Origin: Acidobacteria bacterium Mor1
GTDB taxonomy: Bacteria; Acidobacteriota; Polarisedimenticolia; Polarisedimenticolales; Polarisedimenticolaceae
Reading direction: 5' to 3'
Assembly: GCA_001664505.1 (NCBI GenBank)
Contig: CP011806.1
Span: forward strand, 2,285,661 to 2,317,660
Length of the DNA: 32,000 nt
The position numbers and the translations under genes were made by a program. Below the pieces are notes generated by a model. It saw only the letters and a program-made list of their open reading frames with translations. It was not told the DNA's origin and ran no database searches. Positions 5,666 to 14,213 of the stretch are shown here, in pieces (position 1 is the first letter of the stretch; each line of letters opens with the position of its first letter).

Positions 5666-8641
5666 CTATTCGATCAGCAACTCGTCCACGAAGATGAACG
5701 CGTTGTCGCCGTGGCCGGGGTGCCATCGCGGGATCGGTCCGTAGTTGAGGGCGGTGACCTTGACGTAGCGGGCCGAGACGCCGGAAACCCGTTGGGCGAT
5801 CTCGCGCAAAACCACGCCTTCTGCGTCGTCGGGGACATCGTGTCCCAGCCGCGCGACCTCCCGGTAGCTCTCTCCGTCGCTGGATACCGAGACCAGTACC
5901 TCCTTCGGCATCCAGATCCACGACTTCTGTTCCTGGAGAAAGGACGCACCCAGACGGCGCAGCGTCTGTTTGCGGCCGAGATCGACGATCGCCTCGAAAT
6001 CGCTGTACTGGTAGCCCTGCCAGCCGCCCATACGCCAGTTGGACGCCCCGGGAAGCCCATCGACCAGCGCCGCGTCCCCCCCGGCGGTGTACTGGGAGTT
6101 GGGTGTGTGGGTCGTAACGACCGACCACTCGTTGGGAATCTTGTGCAGATAGGCGGCCACCTCGGGGCTGCGACGACCGTCGGCGGTCTCGGCGTGGAAA
6201 CGCAGGCGCGCACTGTCTCGAACCTCGAAGGGGCCGCTGTAGTCTCGCGGTCTGCCGCCGTTGATCGCGTACCGAACGGAAGCCCCCGACTCGGCAGCCA
6301 GGGCTACCTGCATGGGATCGCGGAACCGGTCCGAGGGCGCCTCGACATAAGGCGCCGCGGGAACCGGAGCACCCGCGACCGAGGATGGCGGACGCTCGCC
6401 CCGCCCCCAATCGGGAGCGGGGCCCGTCGAACGCCGAACGGTCAGCGTGCCGCCACCGAGGATCTCACCATGCCGCACGAACGCGCGGACGAGGGGTGAT
6501 CCGTTCAGCTCCACGCTCGCAACGTACTGCCCGTCCCCTGGTGACTCGATGGTGAATTGCTCACCACTCTCCAACTTGAAGATCACCCGGTCGAACAGGG
6601 GTGCGCCCAGTGTGTAGATGTCCTCGCAGGGAGAGACCGGGTAAATCCCGATCGACGACAGCACGTACCAGCTCGACATCTGCCCGCAGTCTTCGTTGCC
6701 CGACAGACCATCGGGTTCGTTGGTGTAGAGCTCGTCGAGAATCTGCCGCACCCGCTCGGCGCTGCGGTCAGGCAACCCGGCGTAGTGATAGAGCCAGGCC
6801 ATGTGGTGGGAGGGCTCGTTCCCGTGTGCGTACTGGCCGATCAGGCCGGTGATGTCCACCTGATGGCGGCCGGTGGTTTCCGCCTCGGCGCTGAACAGGG
6901 CATCCAGCCGTTCGACGAAGGCGTCCTCGCCGCCGAGCGCGGCCATCAAACCCTCAACGTCGTGAGGCACGAACAGGCTGTACTGCCAGGAGTTGGCCTC
7001 GGTGTAGTTCAGGTCGACCCTGCGCGGGTCGAAGGGCTCGATCCAGCGCTGGTTGTGCCGCGCGCGCATGAAGCCGGTGGCGGGATCCAGCAGGTGCCGC
7101 CAGCCCTGGCTGCGGGCGTCGAACTCGGCGACGATGTCGTCCCGCCCCATCGCCTCGGCGAAGCGGGCGATGCAGAAGTCGTCGAAGGCGTACTCCAGGG
7201 TCTTCGATACCGACTCGGCGTCATCCTCGGCGGAGATGAATCCCTGGCGCTTGTAGGCCTCGAGGCCGCGCGCATCCCGCATGGCGCTCTGCAGCATGGC
7301 CTCGAGGGCCAGCTCCCGGTCGAAGCCGTCGATCCCCTTGCCCCAGGCGTCGACGATCACCGGCACCGCGTGGTACCCGATCATCGTGTCGGTCTCGTTA
7401 CCGGCCAGTTCCCAGACCGGCAGCCTTCCGCCCTCCCGATACATCGCCAGCATGGTGTGAATGAACTCCTCGGTACGTTCCCGCTCGATCAGGGTGAACA
7501 GCGGATGAGTCGCCCGAAAGGTGTCCCAAAGCGAAAAGACCGTGTAGTGCCTGCGTCCCTCGGCGACGTGGACCTCCCGGTCCATACCCCGGTAGCGACC
7601 GTCGACATCGGAGGCCAGGTTCGGCGCGATCAAGCTGTGGTAGACGCCGGTGTAGAAGTTGACCCGTTGCGCCCGGGTGCCCCCCTCGACGGTCAGGCGA
7701 TCGAGCGCGGCGGTCCACACTTCGCGCGCCGCCGCGCGCACCTGATCGAAGGACTTGCCGGCGGTCTCGGCTTCCAGGTTGCCTCTGGCGCCGGCGACAT
7801 CCACCGGCGACAACCCGACGTGAACCGTCAGCGGCCGGTCGAGTTTTCCGAAGCTCAGCACCGCGCGGACATCGTCGCCTGCCGCCTCGGTCGCGTCCGG
7901 CTCCAGCGGCAGCAGCGGGCCGGCAGGACCGTCCACCTTGGCGCCTCCCTCCCGCCGCTCGAAGCCGGCCGAGAGAATCGGCTCGCTGAAGGTCGCGTGG
8001 AACCAGAGCTGCTGATCCCGAGCCCAGCCGGTGGAATGGCGCCAGCCCTCGACGGCGCGGTCGCCGGCCATCCGCAGCAAGGAGTCGGTGACCTTGTCCC
8101 GATGGGCCAGGTCGACCACCACGTGGGCCTCGGCGCCTGCCGGGAAGGTGTAGCGATGCACCCCCGTGCGCTCGCTGGCGGTGAGTTCCACATCGACCGG
8201 ACCCTCGTCCAGCCGCACGGCGTAGAAGCCCGGCTCCGCCTGTTCGCTGGTCTTGGCGAAGGGAGAGGCGTAGCCGTTCTCCGGCCCGTCGACGGCGCCG
8301 TTCAACGTGGTCGCCTCACCGGCGACGGGCATGAACAGCACATCGCCGTAATCCGACACCCCGGTGCCCGAGAGGTGGGTGTGGGAGAAGCCGTAGACCA
8401 CCTCGTCGGTGTAGTGGTAGCCCGAGCATCCGTCCCAACCGGTCAGCCGGGTGTCCGGGCTGAGCTGCACCATCCCGAAGGGCAGCGTGGCTCCCGGGAA
8501 GGTGTGGCCATGCCCGCCGGTGCCGATGAACGGATCGACCAGATCGAAGGGGGCGTCGCTTCGGTCACCGGGCCCGGCGCAACCGGCGAGGATCAACAGC
8601 AGGGCCGCGCAGGACAGGACCGGGGCCGCCGGTCGCCTCAA
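5666..8641 (-). CDS. GH92 family alpha-mannosidase lipoprotein with C-terminal discoidin (F5/8 type C / CBM32-like) domain
   Basis: GH92 signature blocks are present: GGHGHTFPGATLPFGMVQLSPDT, FSLWDTFRATHPLF, GNEPSHHMAWLYHYAG and GNEDCGQMSSWYV. The C-terminus (...ARYVKVTALNYGPIPRWHPGHGDNAFIFVDELLIE) resembles a discoidin/CBM module. The start is revised from 8818 to TTG 8641, preceded by GGAGG. This yields (M)RRPAAPVLSCAALLLILAGC, a lipoprotein signal with an LAGC lipobox. The 8818 start would bury that signal 60 aa inside the protein. Confidence 0.9.
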   Translation of the reverse strand: MRRPAAPVLSCAALLLILAGCAGPGDRSDAPFDLVDPFIGTGGHGHTFPGATLPFGMVQLSPDTRLTGWDGCSGYHYTDEVVYGFSHTHLSGTGVSDYGDVLFMPVAGEATTLNGAVDGPENGYASPFAKTSEQAEPGFYAVRLDEGPVDVELTASERTGVHRYTFPAGAEAHVVVDLAHRDKVTDSLLRMAGDRAVEGWRHSTGWARDQQLWFHATFSEPILSAGFERREGGAKVDGPAGPLLPLEPDATEAAGDDVRAVLSFGKLDRPLTVHVGLSPVDVAGARGNLEAETAGKSFDQVRAAAREVWTAALDRLTVEGGTRAQRVNFYTGVYHSLIAPNLASDVDGRYRGMDREVHVAEGRRHYTVFSLWDTFRATHPLFTLIERERTEEFIHTMLAMYREGGRLPVWELAGNETDTMIGYHAVPVIVDAWGKGIDGFDRELALEAMLQSAMRDARGLEAYKRQGFISAEDDAESVSKTLEYAFDDFCIARFAEAMGRDDIVAEFDARSQGWRHLLDPATGFMRARHNQRWIEPFDPRRVDLNYTEANSWQYSLFVPHDVEGLMAALGGEDAFVERLDALFSAEAETTGRHQVDITGLIGQYAHGNEPSHHMAWLYHYAGLPDRSAERVRQILDELYTNEPDGLSGNEDCGQMSSWYVLSSIGIYPVSPCEDIYTLGAPLFDRVIFKLESGEQFTIESPGDGQYVASVELNGSPLVRAFVRHGEILGGGTLTVRRSTGPAPDWGRGERPPSSVAGAPVPAAPYVEAPSDRFRDPMQVALAAESGASVRYAINGGRPRDYSGPFEVRDSARLRFHAETADGRRSPEVAAYLHKIPNEWSVVTTHTPNSQYTAGGDAALVDGLPGASNWRMGGWQGYQYSDFEAIVDLGRKQTLRRLGASFLQEQKSWIWMPKEVLVSVSSDGESYREVARLGHDVPDDAEGVVLREIAQRVSGVSARYVKVTALNYGPIPRWHPGHGDNAFIFVDELLIE

Positions 8642-8754
8642 CGGGAGAACCTCCGGTAGAGCGCGACGGTGGCCCACAGCGATACCCCGAAGATCAGCGC
8701 AGGCAAGATCCAGGACCAGAAGAACCCGGTCAGCGGCGGTTCGGCGGGGATCAT
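8638..8754 (-). CDS. 38-aa single-TM micro-protein (MIPAEPPLTGFFWSWILPALIFGVSLWATVALYRRFSR)
   Basis: ATG 8754..8752 overlaps the stop of the upstream micro-ORF as ATGA and has AGGAGG 6 nt upstream. Its own stop (TGA 8640..8638) overlaps the GH92 TTG start (TTGA). The sequence is one clear TM helix with a positive C-terminal tail. Support comes from coupling geometry only. Confidence 0.5.
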   Translation of the reverse strand: MIPAEPPLTGFFWSWILPALIFGVSLWATVALYRRFSR

Positions 8755-8861
8755 TGCTTGCCTCCTCTCTTCTTGTACGACCACCAGGCCAGCCCCAGGC
8801 CGACGAAGGAGGCGACATAGGCGATGCTCATTCCGATCAGCGTCGCGAGTCCCTTGTCCAT
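8751..8861 (-). CDS. 36-aa single-TM micro-protein (MDKGLATLIGMSIAYVASFVGLGLAWWSYKKRGGKQ)
   Basis: ATG 8861..8859 shares its A with the SSF stop (TGATG) and has GGGAGGAGG just upstream. The sequence is one TM helix followed by a KKRGGK tail. It is too short to appear in the ORF track. Confidence 0.5.
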   Translation of the reverse strand: MDKGLATLIGMSIAYVASFVGLGLAWWSYKKRGGKQ

Positions 8862-10753
8862 CACGCCTCCTCCCAGCGGCTGCGGGCCTCGACCTCGTCG
8901 AGGAACCTGGCCTGCCCCGCCTCGAACTCCTCGGAGACCGCCTTGAGCTTCGGATCAATCACCCAGTAGATGATGAGCGTGCCGATCACCGCCGCGCCGA
9001 GCAGGGCGAAGCCCTCCATCTGCATCAGCAGCACCTGCACCAATCCGAACAGCAGTCCGGTGTAGACCAGCGGCGAGAGCAGGATCGCGATCCAGTCCTC
9101 CCGGGTCCACTCCTGAGCGGCCTCGGGGGTCCACGAACGGCGGATGCCCATGGATCGGGTCACCGGACCGCTCTCCTTCTTCGTCTCCTCGATCAACCCG
9201 CGCCGCACCGCCTCACGATGCACCGGCCCCCACCAGCCGAGCGGGCGGGTCATCACGTAGTACTGCACCAGCCGGTCCATCGGCTCCGGCTTTGTCAAGA
9301 AGGTCGCAGGCAGGAAGAAGCAGGCGCCCAGCGCCATCAACAACCAGAACTGGATGTGGTCGGGAAGTTCGGGCAACAGATTGAAACCGGGCAGGATCCA
9401 GACCACGAGCCACGACACCCCCAGGTTGGCCATCCAGGCGGCCAGGTAACCCCAGGCGTTGAAGCGCCACCAGACCACCTGCAGGATGTTGGGCAGCCAG
9501 ATGCCGGCGCTCATCAACCACAGGGCGAAGATCAGCCACTGGGTGATCTCCTCCATCATCATCCCGTAGAAGAACGAGCCGATCAAAAGCACCGCGGTGG
9601 TCCAACGTCCGACGACGACCAGCTTCTGCTCGCTGGCCTCGGGATTCAGGTAGCGTTGGTAGAGATCCCGGGTGAAATACAGCGCACCCAGGTTGAGGTG
9701 AGACGAGATCGTCGAGAGGTGGATCGCCAGGATCGCGCCGAAGAACACGCCGATCAATCCCATCGGCAGCAGCTCGAAGCCCAGCCGGAACCAACCGAGT
9801 TCCGAGACCGCCGTGTCCTTGATGTCCGGCAGCATGACGAAGAAGGCCAGGATCGAGACCGCCCAGAAGGCGTTGCGAATCAGGGTGATCGCGCCGCCGG
9901 CCCACAGGCCGTAGGTCGCGTCCCGCACGGTCTTGGCCGACTGGATCCGCTGGGCCTCGACGTACCAGTCGATGCTGGTACCCATACCGAACCCGCCGAC
10001 CACGGCGATGACCAGCATGGTCAACCACCACAGCATCGGAAAGTCGCCGTCGGATACGCCGGTAAAGGCGAAGGGATCGAGGCGCCACTCCTGGCCCAGC
10101 TCGACCAGCTTGCCGGTGATCTCGCCGGGCCCGCCCGCGGCGACCACGCCGACCAGCGAAACCAGCAGGATGGCGAAGACGGCGACGATCCCCTGGAGGA
10201 AGTCCCCCATCACCACGCCCCAGTAGCCGGCAGCCAGGGTGTAGATCGCGGTAATCAGGCTCGGCACGATCAGGCCGACCCAGACCGGCCAGCCGAAGAC
10301 CAGCTCGCCGACCTTGCCCATGGCGATGCCGACCCAGCCGAGGATGAACATGTTCATGAACACCTGCCAACCGGCCATCCAACCGCGCAGGAGTTCGGCC
10401 CCCAGCCCCGAGAATCGGAGCGACTGCCATTCGGCCTGGGTGTAGGCCAGCGAGCGGCGGAAGATCCGCGCGGCGACGAAGGCGCCGATAGCGGTCCAGG
10501 CGCTGAAGAAGGTGTACCAGAGCCCCCGCAGTCCGTCCTTGTAGATCACGCCGGTGATCCACATCGGGGTATCGGTCGCGGTGTGCGTGCTGAAAACCGA
10601 TGAGGCGGGCAGCCACCAGGGCAGTCCCCGGCCGGCCAGGAAGAAGTCGGATTCCGAACGCCGCGCCAACCGGTAGAACCAGAAGGCCCCGCCGACCATC
10701 AGCAGCAGGAACAGCGAGGTCCAGAAGATGTCGATGGAACCGAAACGGATCAA
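8861..10753 (-). CDS. sodium:solute symporter family (SSF) transporter
   Basis: 630 aa and polytopic. The N-terminus (...SDFFLAGRGLPWWLPASSVFSTHTATDTPMWITGVIY) is typical of SSF/SGLT-type transporters, and there are many hydrophobic helices. The start is TTG at 10753. Long overlapping alternative-frame ORFs are low-complexity. Confidence 0.9.
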   Translation of the reverse strand: MIRFGSIDIFWTSLFLLLMVGGAFWFYRLARRSESDFFLAGRGLPWWLPASSVFSTHTATDTPMWITGVIYKDGLRGLWYTFFSAWTAIGAFVAARIFRRSLAYTQAEWQSLRFSGLGAELLRGWMAGWQVFMNMFILGWVGIAMGKVGELVFGWPVWVGLIVPSLITAIYTLAAGYWGVVMGDFLQGIVAVFAILLVSLVGVVAAGGPGEITGKLVELGQEWRLDPFAFTGVSDGDFPMLWWLTMLVIAVVGGFGMGTSIDWYVEAQRIQSAKTVRDATYGLWAGGAITLIRNAFWAVSILAFFVMLPDIKDTAVSELGWFRLGFELLPMGLIGVFFGAILAIHLSTISSHLNLGALYFTRDLYQRYLNPEASEQKLVVVGRWTTAVLLIGSFFYGMMMEEITQWLIFALWLMSAGIWLPNILQVVWWRFNAWGYLAAWMANLGVSWLVVWILPGFNLLPELPDHIQFWLLMALGACFFLPATFLTKPEPMDRLVQYYVMTRPLGWWGPVHREAVRRGLIEETKKESGPVTRSMGIRRSWTPEAAQEWTREDWIAILLSPLVYTGLLFGLVQVLLMQMEGFALLGAAVIGTLIIYWVIDPKLKAVSEEFEAGQARFLDEVEARSRWEEA

Positions 10754-10919
10754 GAGGCCCCCCCCGCGGCGTGTACAGGCCGCAAGGGGCAGCTTACCCT
10801 GCGGGGCGGCCCGTACAAAAGCATCGATTCCCGCGGGTTCAGCAGGGCTGCGGGCCTATCCGGGGTTACTCTCGGGCTTCACTGCGGCGCTCCGGCGCAC
10901 GCCCGGCAGCGAGGCTCAG

Positions 10920-11636
10920 ATGAACGACAGCTCCAGCGGAAGACGCAATTCCTCAGGTCAGCCGATCGGCTTCGACGTCCCGGGCTGGGAGCCCTGCCCC
11001 GCCCCCGACGGCCGGGTGCTCGAGGGGCGCTTCTGCAGATTGGAACCGGTGGATGTCGAGGCCCACGCCGACACCCTGTTCGAGGAACTGCACCGCGGCC
11101 CCCAGGACGGCTGGACCTACCTGTTCGAGGGGCCCTACCCCGACATCGAGACCTACCGCGCGTGGATGCGATCTTTCTGCCTCGGCCGGGATCCGCTGTT
11201 CTACGCCATCGTCGTCGACGGCCGCCCCCTGGGGGTCGCCGCATACCTGCGCATCGCTCCCCAGCACGGCTCCATCGAGGTCGGCCACATTCACTACGCT
11301 CCGGCGCTGCGCCGCACGCCGGCGGCTACCGAGGCGATGTACCTGATGATGCGCCACGCCTTCGACGACCTGGGCTACCGGCGCTACGAGTGGAAGTGCG
11401 ACGCCCTCAACGCCGGCTCGCGCCGGGCCGCCGATCGCTTCGGCTTCCAGTACGAGGGCACCTTTCGCCAGGCGCTGATCTACCGCGGCCGCAACCGGGA
11501 CACCGCCTGGTTCTCGCTGCTCGACCGGGAATGGCCCGAGCGGCGGCGGGTCTTCGAGGCATGGCTGGCCCCGGAGAACTTCGACGCCGACGGGCGGCAG
11601 CGCCAGCGCCTGGGCGAGGCCGGCTCCAGCGACTGA
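10920..11636 (+). CDS. GNAT family N-acetyltransferase (RimJ/RimL-like)
   Basis: The track ORF starts at 10728 but would then overlap the SSF start. ATG 10920 gives MNDSSSGRR.... The core (GVAAYLRIAPQHGSIEVGHIHYAPALRRTPAATEAMYLMMRHAFDDLGYRRYEWKCDALNAGSRRAADRFGFQYEGTFRQ) matches the Acetyltransf_3-type GNAT fold. Confidence 0.85.
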   Translation: MNDSSSGRRNSSGQPIGFDVPGWEPCPAPDGRVLEGRFCRLEPVDVEAHADTLFEELHRGPQDGWTYLFEGPYPDIETYRAWMRSFCLGRDPLFYAIVVDGRPLGVAAYLRIAPQHGSIEVGHIHYAPALRRTPAATEAMYLMMRHAFDDLGYRRYEWKCDALNAGSRRAADRFGFQYEGTFRQALIYRGRNRDTAWFSLLDREWPERRRVFEAWLAPENFDADGRQRQRLGEAGSSD

Positions 11637-11652
11637 AGCCGAGCCTCGAAGA

Positions 11653-12252
11653 CTAGAAGCGCACCGAGGCTCCGACCAACACCTCGACCGGGTCGATTCC
11701 CAGCACGTTGGAGTTCGCCTCGGGGGATAGCTCCATCTGCAGGTAGCGCAGTTGGGCATTGAACGACCAGCCGGATTCGCCACCCGGCACGTTGACGCCG
11801 AAACCCGCCCCGAAGATCAACTCGTCGTCGACGGGGGCACCGGGAGACATGCCCACCGGCTGGATGTCATCCCAGAGCATGTAGCCCAGCACGGGACCGG
11901 CGAACAGATCGACCTTCTCATTGCCGAAGTGGAAGTTGACGGCGCCGAGAATCCGGATGCCCTCGACGTCCCCGTCGTCCATGTCCGGCTGCCCGGGTTC
12001 CATGAAGATCAGCTCCGATTCGAACAGGCCCAGGGCCGGCTCGACGCCGATCGAATCGGTGACCATGAACTCGAGCCCTGCCTCGAAACCGAGGCTCTCG
12101 TCCAGTTCGGTGGTCTCCCCGCCCCCCGGATCGAAATCCGAGGTGGGCATGCTGTAGACCAGGTTGAAACGGAACGCCCGGTCACCTTCGGCCCAGGCGG
12201 TTCCGCCAGCCAGCAGGACGAGAATCAGGGCCAGGGCCCATCGTGAACGCAT
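11653..12252 (-). CDS. small outer-membrane beta-barrel protein (OmpW/OmpA-barrel-like)
   Basis: AAGGAG lies 7 nt upstream of ATG 12252. It has a signal peptide (MRSRWALALILVLLAGGTAWA), alternating amphipathic beta-strand patterns and a C-terminal ...VGASVRF typical of OMPs. Confidence 0.8.
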   Translation of the reverse strand: MRSRWALALILVLLAGGTAWAEGDRAFRFNLVYSMPTSDFDPGGGETTELDESLGFEAGLEFMVTDSIGVEPALGLFESELIFMEPGQPDMDDGDVEGIRILGAVNFHFGNEKVDLFAGPVLGYMLWDDIQPVGMSPGAPVDDELIFGAGFGVNVPGGESGWSFNAQLRYLQMELSPEANSNVLGIDPVEVLVGASVRF

Positions 12253-12378
12253 CGGTTTTCTCCTTTCGATCCCGTATCTGGTCGCAGGATACCCGGGCCG
12301 GTTCAGACGGTGCGGTCGAAATCCCTGAAAAATCTCCCCCTCGTCTTTCGGGCTCCGGGAGCCTATAATCGGAGGGTT

Positions 12379-12588
12379 ATGTCAGACGCATCCAAATCAA
12401 GAGCCCTGCTGTTCGGACTTCTGACCGGGATCGGTGTCGGCGCCGCCGCGGCCTACTGGGCCGTCACCCGGCGCAAGACCGCGCCTCAGTCCCCCTACGC
12501 CCGTTTCGGCGCGCCCCGCCGGCCGACCAAGCGGGTCTACAAGGACATGAGCCGCCGTCTGGACCGCATGCGCGACGCCGGCCTCTAG
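12379..12588 (+). CDS. small membrane-anchored protein of unknown function
   Basis: ATG 12379 is preceded by GGAGGG (12371..12376). The 69-aa product has one TM (ALLFGLLTGIGVGAAAAYWAV) and a basic tail. The track start at 12310 is less likely. Confidence 0.5.
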   Translation: MSDASKSRALLFGLLTGIGVGAAAAYWAVTRRKTAPQSPYARFGAPRRPTKRVYKDMSRRLDRMRDAGL

Positions 12589-12615
12589 GGCCGCAGCGAG
12601 CAGCAAACGGATACT

Positions 12616-12637
12616 CCCTGCTCCCGCCAGGAGCGGG
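12616..12637. terminator. hairpin between convergent genes (possible terminator)
   Basis: CCTGCTCC (12617..12624) pairs with GGAGCGGG (12630..12637). The stem is 8 bp including one G-U pair, with a 5-nt loop. There is no clear U-tract. Confidence 0.3.
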
Positions 12638-12682
12638 CCCCGTGCTACAGGCCTGCGTCCGACCCTCCCGACCGGGCCGCGC

Positions 12683-13255
12683 CTAGAGTTCCAACTCCCC
12701 CGCAATACCCCGCAGCGCCTCGAGGCAGAACTCGATGTGAGCGTCGAGTTCCAGCTCCAGGTCCGCGGCTCCCTCGCGGATGTCCTCCCGGTTGACGCTG
12801 GCGGCGAAGGCCTTGGCCTTCATCTTCTTCTTCACCGACTTGACCTTGACCTCGGCCAGGGACTTACCCGGTGTGACCAGCGCGCAGGCGGTCAGGAACC
12901 CACACAACTCGTCGCAGGCAAAGAGCGCCTTCTCCAGATCGCTGTCCCGGGTGACCCCGGTGTAGGGAGCGTGAGACATGATCGCCCGGCGGAACCACTC
13001 GGGGTATCCCTTCTGCTCCAGGATCTCCGAACCGCGGTAGGGATGATCTTCGAGGGACGGCCAACGCTCGTAGTCGAAGTCGTGAAGCAATCCGACGAGA
13101 CCCCATGAGTCGGGGTCACCCCCGTAGCGGGGCGCGTAGGCCCGCATGGCTGCCTCGACGGCGTAGGCGTGCTTGAGCAGCCCCGGTTTCTCGGTGTACT
13201 CGCGAAGCAGGGAGAGGGCGTCGGCGCGAGACGGCAGGCCGGCGGAATCGGTCAT
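12683..13255 (-). CDS. HD-superfamily metal-dependent phosphohydrolase
   Basis: It has the H...HD motif context (LLKHAYAVEAAMRAY...WGLVGLLHDFDYERW...) and a later SHAPYTG. The start is set at ATG 13255, preceded by GAGGTG, rather than the track start at 13297. Confidence 0.8.
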   Translation of the reverse strand: MTDSAGLPSRADALSLLREYTEKPGLLKHAYAVEAAMRAYAPRYGGDPDSWGLVGLLHDFDYERWPSLEDHPYRGSEILEQKGYPEWFRRAIMSHAPYTGVTRDSDLEKALFACDELCGFLTACALVTPGKSLAEVKVKSVKKKMKAKAFAASVNREDIREGAADLELELDAHIEFCLEALRGIAGELEL

Positions 13256-13331
13256 GGTCACCTCTGAGTGGTTGGCCCGTCCATTGTAACGGGGCAAACA
13301 CGTGACCGGTGTGACCAGCCGGGGCGCTACG

Positions 13332-14213
13332 CTAGGGCTTGCGGGCGACGATGCCGGCCACGGCGCGATCGGGACCGCCGTGGCGCGAGGGCCCGACCAG
13401 TTCGCGGTAGCGCAGGACTTCCCAGTCGGCGAACAGCTTCTTCAACTCACCCGGCTCGAGCAGGTATTCCGGACGCTTCGGCCGGCCCAGCCGCGCCTGT
13501 TCACTGGTGAAGGTCTGGTAGACCACCACGCCGCCGGGGCGCACCCCGTCGCGGATGTCGTTGAACAGCGGCCGGTAGAGGAAGTTGAACACCATGATCA
13601 CGTCGTAGGCGTCGATCGGCACGATGTAGGTGCCATCCTCGACGTTGCCGACCACCGCGCGAATCGGAGCACCCAAGCGGCGCGCCGCGGTCCGGGCGGT
13701 AGCGACCGCCTGGGGATCGGCATCCACCCCGTCGACGTCGAAGCCACGGGTCGCCAGGTAGATCGCGTTGCGCCCCTCGCCCATGGCGATGTCGAGGGCG
13801 GTCCCGCGAGGCAACAGGTCGAAGTTGTCGATCAGGAAACTGGAGGGAGCGATGCCGTGGCGGTGAGGACCGATCTCGGCCGACGGCGGCCCCGCAGACA
13901 ACGGGCCCGGCCAGATCGACAGACCGCCGTTGACGTTGAACAGGGTCGCGAAGCCGTGCTCGGCCAGCAGCTGGCAGGCGGACACGCTGCGAATGCCGTG
14001 CTCGCAGATCACCGCCACCGGGATGCCGCTGTTGGGCACCTCGGGGATGCGCTGCTCAAGTTCGTGGAGCGGAATCAGGTGAGCCCCGGGCACGTGGGCG
14101 TTGACGAACTCCGGTTCGGTCCGCACATCGAGCACGACGATGGGATCTCCCATCGCCAGCTTCCGGTACAGTTCTCCGCCGTCGATGGACGCGAAGCGCT
14201 TTTCTCGCACCAA
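13332..14213 (-). CDS. rhodanese domain fused to class I SAM-dependent methyltransferase (TehB-like)
   Basis: The N-terminal rhodanese has an intact active-site loop: VVLDVRTEPEFVNAHVPGAHLIP...VAVICEHGIRS (CxxxxR[ST]). The C-terminal half has SAM motif I (ALDIAMGEGRNAIYLATRG) and post-I/II motifs (FDVDGVDADP..., YDVIMVFNFLYRP, GGVVVYQTF). Confidence 0.85.
   Translation of the reverse strand: MVREKRFASIDGGELYRKLAMGDPIVVLDVRTEPEFVNAHVPGAHLIPLHELEQRIPEVPNSGIPVAVICEHGIRSVSACQLLAEHGFATLFNVNGGLSIWPGPLSAGPPSAEIGPHRHGIAPSSFLIDNFDLLPRGTALDIAMGEGRNAIYLATRGFDVDGVDADPQAVATARTAARRLGAPIRAVVGNVEDGTYIVPIDAYDVIMVFNFLYRPLFNDIRDGVRPGGVVVYQTFTSEQARLGRPKRPEYLLEPGELKKLFADWEVLRYRELVGPSRHGGPDRAVAGIVARKP

Noticed and set aside
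6557-8659. 700-aa plus-strand ORF antisense to the GH92 gene. Smaller ORFs overlapping the same gene (5559..6410, 5674..6213, 5711..6499) fall in the same class.
   Set aside because: The translations are Arg/Gly/Pro/Val-rich low-complexity sequence with no motifs. The opposite strand carries unmistakable GH92 signature blocks. Long alternative-frame ORFs are expected at ~70% GC.
8669-10616. 644-aa plus-strand ORF (8669..10603) and 467-aa minus-strand off-frame ORF (9213..10616) overlapping the SSF transporter gene.
   Set aside because: Both are Arg/Pro/Gly/His-rich and non-hydrophobic nonsense. The 8861..10753 frame encodes a coherent polytopic SSF protein.
12351-12369. Perfect palindrome GGCTCC-G-GGAGCC (12351..12363) followed by a perfect TATAAT (12364..12369) just upstream of the small TM protein gene.
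   Set aside because: A TSS about 7 nt after this -10 box would fall 2-3 nt before ATG 12379 and would exclude the GGAGGG SD. No acceptable -35 lies 16-18 nt upstream. The two signals are mutually exclusive, so I cannot decide between a leaderless transcript and coincidence. It is not called as a promoter.
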